A stretch of DNA of 60,307 nt. Origin: an uncultured virus (IMG/VR IMGVR_UViG_3300006620_000021) (Duplodnaviria > Heunggongvirae > Uroviricota > Caudoviricetes). The DNA is taken from IMG/VR virus record IMGVR_UViG_3300006620_000021; one strand, 5' to 3'. Within the stretch, counting starts at the first letter, position 1; each line of letters starts with the position of its first letter. Below are positions 47,338 through 55,800 of this stretch, piece by piece. The notes beneath the pieces are model-generated. The model ran no database searches. It was not told where the DNA came from and worked only from the letters and a program-made list of their open reading frames with translations. Position numbers and translations under genes: made by a program.

Positions 47338-48123
47338 TTAGAAATAAGTAATTTTAACAACACCAGAACCACCAGTAGTTCCTCTACCACAACAGTTGGA
47401 TCCGCAATATGTAGTCATACCACCCTGTCCACCAGATGCATAAGGAACGTTATTACAACCACAACGCATCCAACACTCAGTAACTTCACCACTAACTCCC
47501 ATGCTGCCCATAAATGGTGCTCCAGCAGAACACTCTCTATGACGATAGCAGTGGCAGTTAAATGAACCAGAGAACGAACCAGGGTGACCGCCCATTGCGA
47601 AGTCACTACTATAAGCAGTTGGGTTTACACAACAAGGACCCCAATCGGAGTAACACATCGTGTTCCAAGAACTGTTAGCACAGCCTCCTTTTCCTCCAAT
47701 GGCACAGAAGTTACTAAGATTGCAACCATTTACATAAGATGAGCAACCTTGGCAGGCATAACACTCAACAGACTGACAGGGATGAACTCCAGCAGCGCAA
47801 ATTGTGTAGGTCCAACCGTCTTGAACACTAATAGTTTTAGTGGTGTAATAACCACCACCAGCGCCAGCATAGTGCTGACATCTGTTATTAACGCACATTC
47901 CGTGACCGTTACCACCTGCGCCCCACAGTTCAAAAGTAACTCTTCTGACACCAGTAGGGACCGTCCAAAGGCAGCAGCAACCTGGAGTGGTTTCACCTAA
48001 ACATCCGCGAATCCACTTGACGGCGTAATTTTTAAAGGCAGAGGGGTCAAGTTTAGCATCGGTGATAGAACCCGTTGGTAAACTCGCCCCACTTACTTTT
48101 TTGTAACTTGCGTAGGTAGCCAT
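47338..48123 (-). CDS. Cys/Gly-rich virion (fibre-associated) protein, paralog 1
   Basis: Same motif set; preceded by a late promoter. Confidence 0.7.
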   Translation of the reverse strand: MATYASYKKVSGASLPTGSITDAKLDPSAFKNYAVKWIRGCLGETTPGCCCLWTVPTGVRRVTFELWGAGGNGHGMCVNNRCQHYAGAGGGYYTTKTISVQDGWTYTICAAGVHPCQSVECYACQGCSSYVNGCNLSNFCAIGGKGGCANSSWNTMCYSDWGPCCVNPTAYSSDFAMGGHPGSFSGSFNCHCYRHRECSAGAPFMGSMGVSGEVTECWMRCGCNNVPYASGGQGGMTTYCGSNCCGRGTTGGSGVVKITYF

Positions 48124-48141
48124 TTCTTAATCCACTGTTCG

Positions 48142-48154
48142 TATTTATATTTAT
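48142..48154 (-). promoter_or_regulatory. tandem late promoter (ATAAATATAAATA)
   Basis: Contains exact TATAAATA. Confidence 0.75.
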
Positions 48155-48157
48155 GGA

Positions 48158-48180
48158 TAAAGGGGGCATTGCTGCCCCCT
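48158..48180 (-). terminator. intrinsic terminator after the tail fibre gene
   Basis: AGGGGGCA-GCAA-TGCCCCCT with a GNRA loop and a short T run. Confidence 0.72.
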
Positions 48181-48194
48181 GAGTGTCTCTTCTA

Positions 48195-51100
48195 TTAGAC
48201 GGTGAAGAGTCTCCAACCGTAAGTATCGTTGTAGAATACCAGATCGAATGCGGCACCCTCTGCGCCTACTGTCATGTCGGAAGCATCACCCATAATCAAC
48301 TTGCCATTTCTAGCAATGGTGAGGTTATTAGAATCAAACGTCTTAGCAACGTCGAAGAATCTAACGGTGTCGCCCTTGTTAGGTGAACCAGGCAGAGTAA
48401 CAGTGAATCCACCACCAGTTGTATCACACCATACTGCAGAGAATGCAGCGGCAGAAGTGCTGCTGTTAGCATCAACGTGCTGGAGACCACCAATGGGCAC
48501 CCAAGCAGAACCGTTGTATGCTTCATGAGTTCCGAGAGATGTGTTAAATCTCAGACCACCTTGAATTGGAGCAGCAGGTCTTTGTGCAGTTGTTCCCTTA
48601 GGTGGAACCATCTGCTCAACACCCATGTTGCCTCTTTGCAGGAATCCGCGAACCGCGAATTCAGTTGGGCAAGCGGTGTTAGAGTTACCACTCATGGTCT
48701 CGTCAGAGGAGAACTCGTTGATCGCCTCACCAATCTGACCACCCAGTGAACCCAGTCTCAGTTCTGTCAAACCAGACAGGTTGAACGCGGAAGCGTCCAG
48801 GGTAGCAGCACCAGTCAACTGGTTAACGGAGAAGAAGTCACCAACTCTGAAGTTACCACCTTGGTCAGTAGACACGAAGAACACTCTACCAGGACCAAAG
48901 TTGCTAGTCTCATTACCCTGTTGTACGTTTGCCTCGTTAACATTTGGATAGTTGGTTTCAATCTTGTTACCAACACCAATCGAGAGGAAATCGTGACCAG
49001 TCAGACGTGCGTTAGAGAATCTAGTTCTAATCTCAACCAGTGAACCACCATCAGTAATAGTGTTACCAGTTCCTGTACGAGTATCAGGTGTTCTGATTCC
49101 CTTCTCAGGTGATACAGTAACGGTTACACGACCAGGATAGTTAACAGGTGATTCACCAATGTCACCTCTATGCTGAGTATAAGTTGTGGTGAATCCAGTT
49201 ACGTTGTTAATAATATAGAATCTTGGTTGATCATTGACAAGATCACTACCAATACCAGTAGTAGTAATACCAATAGCATCACCCACAAGTGGTAAGTTAT
49301 TACCATCAGCAAGGTCAAGTTCAAAGAGAACGCCTTTCTGACCACCAACAGTTCCACTAACAGCAGAGAGTTGAATAGCACCAGTTGTACCAGCGCCGAT
49401 GAAGTTAACCCACTCACCAGGTACGAAGGAGGTAGTACCAATACCAACAGTTTGACCAGCACCAACGCTAGGATCACCGTAACCAGGATAGTACTTGAAG
49501 TAGATCGCATCAGCGGAGATTTGATCGTTGAGGAAGGTTGCTCTTGCACCAGAGGTTCCACCAACCATGGTGTTACCGACTGCAACAGTACCACTTACAG
49601 TACCAACTGCAGTCTCTGCCTTATCACCGAAGAGTCTCAGGGATCTTGGAGTCTCAGCAGTAGAGAATCCAGATGCAATAACGCCATAGTCACCGTAAGA
49701 GTTGTTACCACCAACACCACGAATTCTAGAACCACCACCTGCGTAATAACCCCACTTACAGTAGTACGTGAAGGAGGAGACGATCTCAGAACCAGCGTCA
49801 GCATCAAGAATAAATCCAGCACCATCACTCAGAACGTTCGTGAAGGCGTCAAAGACCATCGTGCGGAATCCAGAATCATGGACACCACCATCACAAAGAA
49901 CACCAACACCAGCACCACCAGTACCACCATCAGTTGGAGGATTACCGAACGCAGTACAGTCCTTAACGTAAGGTGACTTGTTCAGAATTGGGGAGTTGGG
50001 GTTGAATGCGAAGTAAATACCGCAAGCAGTTGTACCAATACCAGTTCTAATAGTAGAATACTCTAACTGATAAGGATAGGAAGGATCATAATCAAATCCA
50101 ACCATACCATCAACGTTCAGACCTTGAATCGTTGTTGCGTCAGACAGTTGGAACATGGTCTGACGGTTGTTAGGAGTTGTACCGTCAGCAGACAGACCAG
50201 AAGCAGGTCTGATCTTAGAAGATCTCAGCGTAGAACCAACAACAGAGGTGAATGGAGGAACAACAATTGGAAGTTGCTCAACAAATTCCGAGGAAGACAG
50301 TTTAACAACAGCAGGAGACAGGTTCAGAACTTCTCCACCTTGTACATAAGTATGGGTAATTGTCGATACACCAGCGTTAATTGTAAATACGTTGTTATCA
50401 ACAACATCAATAACGTTGAAGTAAGAAGTCAGAACGTTTCTTGGGAAGAAGGAAGTATCAACACCAACAAATACAGTACCGCCAGAGACGTATACGTGTG
50501 GAATTGTTGATACACCAACTGCCATCTCAATCTGCTGAGGACCGTTGATTGCACTTACAGTGAAGTTAAAACCAGCTTCTCTTGTTCCGTCAGGGAATAT
50601 AGTCGTCGTAATACCAGAACCACCTGGGCAGGTGAATTCAAGGTTGTCCAGTCTGATAGTATCTCCAACATTGAGACCAGTCATTGCTGCACCAACGGTA
50701 CAGGTAGCAACACCCGCTACGTTATCGTATTGGAATGCGTTAACAGCATAAGTATTTGCACCAGAGAGGCAAGTAAACTCAATATCTCTCAGTCTAACGG
50801 TAATATTTGGATAAAGAATACCGTGGTTTGGTGCTGTAACTGTGGACAGACCAGTTGCTTCATCATAAATGAAGTTTGTAATATTTGTAATCGCGCTTGC
50901 GTTATCACATGCAACCTTCAGCGTTCTAAACGCCATATCTGGGGTGCTACCATTGAAGGTATCCTTACCCAGTTCGGGGTCAACGTGATAAATTCTAGTG
51001 GAATCACCGATGGTCATCCAGACAGGAACATTATCTGTTCCAATACCCAGAGACTGATATGTCATTCCGACACCCAGTCTGGTTGGAGCAGTGTTATCTC

Positions 51101-52010
51101 TGATCAGAATGTCACCAGTTTGTGTCAGCAGAGCATTGGAGTCGCCCAGTGCAAGTGCTGCCCAAATGGTTTGATTAGAACCAGGAACAATATTCGTAAA
51201 AGAGGTAGATCCAATACCAACGTAAGATGATGATGCATATTCAACTACATCATTTCTAAAATACTCAGTCGCTGTAGAGTATGTACCAGCATATCTTAGA
51301 CCTGTATTAAACAGTTCCCATGCAGTTTGTGCAATACCAACAGTAGTAGAACCAATACCAGTGGTCAGACCCTTAGTTGGGTGAACATCTTGTGCAGATG
51401 TTGCCGTCAACTGATAAGTATCACCACCGATAGTTGCTAATTGACCCTTATAATAGGTAGCACCAGATTGATAGGTTCCAATACCAGTCGCCTCAAAACC
51501 TTCTGCCAGTACGTTCCAGACAGTTCCAAGGTTTGGAGATGGTGGTTGCCCTGTTGTTGAGGTGGTAATTGCAACATATGAAGTACCAAAATAGGCAACT
51601 ACGTCACCAGTTTCATAGACAGTACCTGGATCCCAGGAACCTTCTCCGTTGAAACCAGAGACATAAGAGACCACGTTGGGGTTATTATCACCCGCAAAAC
51701 GTAATCCAGCGGTAGTTCCAATACCAACAGTAACTCTGTACTGGGTATTACCAAACTTAACAACGTCGTTAACTTTGTAGAATGTTCCCGCAGAATAAGA
51801 TCCTACGTTACGGATACCTTCAGCATGAAGGCTCCAGTAGGATAAATCTGTATCATACCACGTAGTATCACTAGCGGCAGAGGTGTGATTGGTAGTTGCT
51901 ACGTAGGTGTTGGCACCAAACTTGACGATATCATCAATGACGTATTCGGTGCTAGGAGCCCAGTCGCCTCTCCAATTGAATTTTAGTCTTCCTAATCTAA
52001 AATCAGCCAT
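48195..52010 (-). CDS. long tail fibre / virion structural protein
   Basis: N-terminal W.....Y...D.V.....Y repeats, pectin-lyase-like central region, GTTAQRP and C-terminal TLPGSPNKGD domain. Confidence 0.8.
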   Translation of the reverse strand: MADFRLGRLKFNWRGDWAPSTEYVIDDIVKFGANTYVATTNHTSAASDTTWYDTDLSYWSLHAEGIRNVGSYSAGTFYKVNDVVKFGNTQYRVTVGIGTTAGLRFAGDNNPNVVSYVSGFNGEGSWDPGTVYETGDVVAYFGTSYVAITTSTTGQPPSPNLGTVWNVLAEGFEATGIGTYQSGATYYKGQLATIGGDTYQLTATSAQDVHPTKGLTTGIGSTTVGIAQTAWELFNTGLRYAGTYSTATEYFRNDVVEYASSSYVGIGSTSFTNIVPGSNQTIWAALALGDSNALLTQTGDILIRDNTAPTRLGVGMTYQSLGIGTDNVPVWMTIGDSTRIYHVDPELGKDTFNGSTPDMAFRTLKVACDNASAITNITNFIYDEATGLSTVTAPNHGILYPNITVRLRDIEFTCLSGANTYAVNAFQYDNVAGVATCTVGAAMTGLNVGDTIRLDNLEFTCPGGSGITTTIFPDGTREAGFNFTVSAINGPQQIEMAVGVSTIPHVYVSGGTVFVGVDTSFFPRNVLTSYFNVIDVVDNNVFTINAGVSTITHTYVQGGEVLNLSPAVVKLSSSEFVEQLPIVVPPFTSVVGSTLRSSKIRPASGLSADGTTPNNRQTMFQLSDATTIQGLNVDGMVGFDYDPSYPYQLEYSTIRTGIGTTACGIYFAFNPNSPILNKSPYVKDCTAFGNPPTDGGTGGAGVGVLCDGGVHDSGFRTMVFDAFTNVLSDGAGFILDADAGSEIVSSFTYYCKWGYYAGGGSRIRGVGGNNSYGDYGVIASGFSTAETPRSLRLFGDKAETAVGTVSGTVAVGNTMVGGTSGARATFLNDQISADAIYFKYYPGYGDPSVGAGQTVGIGTTSFVPGEWVNFIGAGTTGAIQLSAVSGTVGGQKGVLFELDLADGNNLPLVGDAIGITTTGIGSDLVNDQPRFYIINNVTGFTTTYTQHRGDIGESPVNYPGRVTVTVSPEKGIRTPDTRTGTGNTITDGGSLVEIRTRFSNARLTGHDFLSIGVGNKIETNYPNVNEANVQQGNETSNFGPGRVFFVSTDQGGNFRVGDFFSVNQLTGAATLDASAFNLSGLTELRLGSLGGQIGEAINEFSSDETMSGNSNTACPTEFAVRGFLQRGNMGVEQMVPPKGTTAQRPAAPIQGGLRFNTSLGTHEAYNGSAWVPIGGLQHVDANSSTSAAAFSAVWCDTTGGGFTVTLPGSPNKGDTVRFFDVAKTFDSNNLTIARNGKLIMGDASDMTVGAEGAAFDLVFYNDTYGWRLFTV

Positions 52011-52028
52011 TGTTAGTTAATTCCTTTC

Positions 52029-52385
52029 TTACTTAGGTCCTTCGGTTGTGTAATCATATGTGCCGTTAATACGGGCGACAAGGTATCCATCATCATCGAT
52101 GAAATAGTGCAGATTTCTAAAATCAAATCTGTACTGTTGGTATTTATCAAATGGATCATTCCTATAGGATTTGTTCTCCGTAGTTTCATCCACATAATCA
52201 ACGCCATCAAGAAACCCTGGATATTGGGTTCCGTTTGTTCTATGGAAGTCACCTATTTCAGTGCTCCCCGAACCCACTTTCGTGTAGCGCAGCATACCAT
52301 CTGCGTCTCTACGTAGTGCATGTACGATGAAGTCGTTTGATTGAACGACATGTTTCATCGAACCGTCCATTCTACTGAGGTTCAT
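52029..52385 (-). CDS. conserved fibre-locus protein
   Basis: HALRRDADGMLRYTK...DKYQQYRFD...YFIDDDGYLVAR. Confidence 0.65.
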   Translation of the reverse strand: MNLSRMDGSMKHVVQSNDFIVHALRRDADGMLRYTKVGSGSTEIGDFHRTNGTQYPGFLDGVDYVDETTENKSYRNDPFDKYQQYRFDFRNLHYFIDDDGYLVARINGTYDYTTEGPK

Positions 52386-52840
52386 GAGAACATCCTCCAG
52401 AAAGTTCCTTCCCAAATAAGCTCGACATAACCACCAGCAACGTCACAATTTAAAAATGTATCGATGAACCCAGTGCTGTCTTTTATTTGGTCTCCACCTT
52501 GAGCATATACTGTAAGATTATTTATATTCCAGGTGTATTTGGAATCTGCAAGATGAATAGTATCTCCTACAAATCGAAGTGTCGGTAAATTTACTGCAAA
52601 AGGACCCGCTGAGGTATCACTGAAGTATTTCATATTGGTTCTCAATGTATCGTTATTATTAGAACCATCTAAATCAGTCAATCGAGATTTTTGTATCTCT
52701 ACTCCAGACAATGTGAGTCCATCATGAACTCTAATCGTCCCTTTATCAGTATCAAAAGTTACTTCAGCTAAAGCACCTGTAAATGTTGAGTGCTCCAACT
52801 CCGTTCCTTTACGCAGTTGTACCCGTTTGGTGTTAGCCAT
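52382..52840 (-). CDS. short fibre adaptor-like protein (Mtd-N-like N-terminus)
   Basis: RVQLRKGT...FTGALAEVT.DTD....VHDG plus DTSAGPFAVNLP...GD domain. Confidence 0.65.
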   Translation of the reverse strand: MANTKRVQLRKGTELEHSTFTGALAEVTFDTDKGTIRVHDGLTLSGVEIQKSRLTDLDGSNNNDTLRTNMKYFSDTSAGPFAVNLPTLRFVGDTIHLADSKYTWNINNLTVYAQGGDQIKDSTGFIDTFLNCDVAGGYVELIWEGTFWRMFS

Positions 52841-52862
52841 TAAAGGTCCACTAATTGCGTTA

Positions 52863-52873
52863 TATTTATTTAT
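52863..52873 (-). promoter_or_regulatory. late promoter core(s) ATAAATAAATA
   Basis: Intergenic, upstream of the fibre genes. Confidence 0.6.
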
Positions 52874-52877
52874 CAGT

Positions 52878-55800
52878 TTAAATAACTACAATTCTTGTAG
52901 GTTGCGGATCTCTGAACTCAATATATCTGGACTTAGTATCCTTAGTTCCCTTCTCAATATCAATGAGACCTTCACCGATAACAGGTGCTGGAGTGAAGGA
53001 CTCTGCTTTTGTTCCAGTAAATCTGACCTTCGGACCTTCTGGGAAGGTTCTGAGTCTGAAGACTGTAATACCTCTGGAGATATCTCCAGGAATTCCATCG
53101 TTGCTGAGACCAATTCTGACCTGACCAACTGCCAGATTCGCAGCAGTAAACTTGACATCTCCACCAACTGTATCTCCACCGATGGTGAAGAGAGTGAACT
53201 TGACTTCGACGTTGGATACACTCTCTGCTCCACCAACAAATCCAGTAAGTGTGCCAGAACCAATCTCGACATTGGTCTCGCTCTCTGCGCCGTTGCCAAC
53301 AACGGTAAAGACATTTCTGAGTCCGCGAGGAACGATGACTCTCGCCTCGGTGGTGCTGGAGAATCCGAAGATCGAACCTGTACCCGCATGTGCGAAGGTT
53401 GATCTCTCGACCAGACTGCCATCGACTTCCAGACCAGGAACTGCGGTTCCTTCTGCTGCAATAGATGCTTTCTCGACTGCAGTACCAGTAACGCTGAAGA
53501 GTGTAGTACGCTCTGGATAATCGAAGACCTTCGCTTCGGTTGTGCTGGAGAATCCAAAGAGTCCACCAGTTGTAACGTGTGGTGCAGGAGTAGTACGCTC
53601 TTGAAGATTGCCAGCGAAGGAGAACAGTGCCTGCTTCTCTTCTGCAACTGCAGTTGCTTCGGTCGAGGAAGCAAATCCGAAGAGAGATCCAAACGCGACC
53701 ATGGAATTGGTCTCGCTCTCTGCAGCATTGCCCTCGAAGGAGAAGAGAGTAGTCTTGTCGATTGGATTGAAGACTGCTGCTTCTGCTGCACCACTGAATC
53801 CATAGAGTCTTCCAGTTCCAACTTCTGGTGCAGGAGTGAAGGACTCGTCCAGTTCGCCATGAACTTCGACAGGTTGCAGACCAGTCTCGGTAACTTTGAG
53901 TTGGAAGGTAGTGAATGCCTCGTCTGGCAGGAATCTTGCCTGAACAAACTTCTGCTCGGAGAACGTGAGCAGAGGAGTATCGACCTGACCTGTAAATGTG
54001 AACAGAGTAAAGTCGTCTGGTGGATTTGAACCAACTGCTTCTGCAGCACCACCAATTCCACCAAATAGTTTTCCAAATCCTTCTGGAATGAATGGAGTGA
54101 AGGATTCTGGTTCGATTCTGACACCAGAATCGCGGACGAAGATAGCACCAGCACCAGTGTGCTTGGGCAGAACAAAGATCTTGGGTGATCCTCTGAGCAG
54201 CAGGTGGGTAGTCTCGACTGTCTCCCAAGCGAAGCTGAACTGAACGTCTGTAACAGCGCCAGAGAATCCGAAGAGTGCCTTCTTCTTCGCAGGTACAAAT
54301 GTTGCTGCCTCGGTAAAGGAGACGAACGAGAAGATAGATCCGCGACCAGCAGGAATCCATGGGGTGAAGGATTCTGGTTCGATTCTGACACCAGAATCGC
54401 GAATAAAGATGGTGCCACTTCCAGTCTCTTCTTGACCAGTTGCCTCTCCAGATCCCTCGATACCAAAGAGAGATCCACTTGCTGCCCAAGCAGCGGTGAA
54501 CTTGAGTTCGGATTCTTGCTCTTCAACTGCACTGATGCGAAGACCACCATCGATTGCAAACAGAGGATGTACCTTCGCAGGTACAAATGCAACTCTCTCA
54601 CTGAAGGTAACGTAACTGAAGAGAGAACCAGATCCAATCTCAGTTGCAGGAGTCGTAGACTCTGCAGCGTTGCCTTCAAATCCAAACAGTGCTTTCTTCT
54701 TACCAGGTACGAAGGTGACTGCCTCTGCAGCACCAACGATAGATCCAAGAGAACCAGAACCAGTGTAGTTACCCTTACCAAAGGACTCAGTAAAGGTGCT
54801 AACGAACTGAAGTTGCAGACCTTGAGGTTCAAGACAATCGTCTGGATGAAGATCGCCGTAATCTTCGTGATTGTACTGATAGTATTGATTTACATAACCG
54901 TAATCGATCGCGTTTGGTACTCTTCCAAACTCAGATACAACTTCATTAGCAAGAGAACTGACAGGATCATTGAGATATCCAAGCAGTGCTGGAGATTCTT
55001 CGACGTTGTAGACAGACTCACTGACGAATCCATAATCATCACCTTCACATGTGCCGAAGGAAGAATCCTGATTGTAATGGAAGGTGATGGACTCAGCAGC
55101 ACCATCAAATCCACCAATAGATCCAGATCCAACTTCACTAAAGATTCTACTCTCAACAACTTCACCATGTATGGAGAAGATACCCTCATTGATAGTAGTA
55201 ATTCTAATCGATACTGAAGTAGAATCAAATCCGAAGAGTGTTCCAACTCCGTCGTAGTTGCCCTTACCAAACTTCTCAATGAGTTCACCTTCAAAGTTGA
55301 AGAGTGCTCTATCATCTTTAGCAGGTACGAATGCAACGGCTTCCGCTCCTCCAGATAGAGTGGGTAGATTACCAGTACCAACCCAATCTCTCGCTCTGCT
55401 GAAGGTTGTGTCGCCTCTGAGTTTAACAAGGTCACCCTTAGAGGTGAACTTAGGCAGAACGTATACCTTACCAGTACCAAGAACTCTAATGTGACCGTGG
55501 TCAGCATTACCAATAAAGTTTCTAACTCTTGGAGTCTCAGTAGAACTATGAAGTCTACCAAGTCCGAAGGGAAGTCTTGTTGTGGTAGGAGCAAGTGTAC
55601 CGAAGTCTTCTGTCTGCCAAGGATAGTAGATCTCATCGTAACTTACATCACCATAGTCTTCTGCAACGGTGATTGTATCAGTGATGAATCCATAATCAAT
55701 AGACTCAACATTGACAACAGAAGACAGGTTGTATGCAAATGCTCTTCTATTGATCTCTTTGTTGTTGAAGGAGAAGACTCTATCAACCTGATTGAAGATG

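Noticed and set aside
48274..51230. Many antisense and shifted-frame ORFs over the fibre gene (also over gp32, phoH, thyX and others)
   Set aside because: Short shadows expected from codon bias; no recognisable motifs, and all three frames are not open together over long spans
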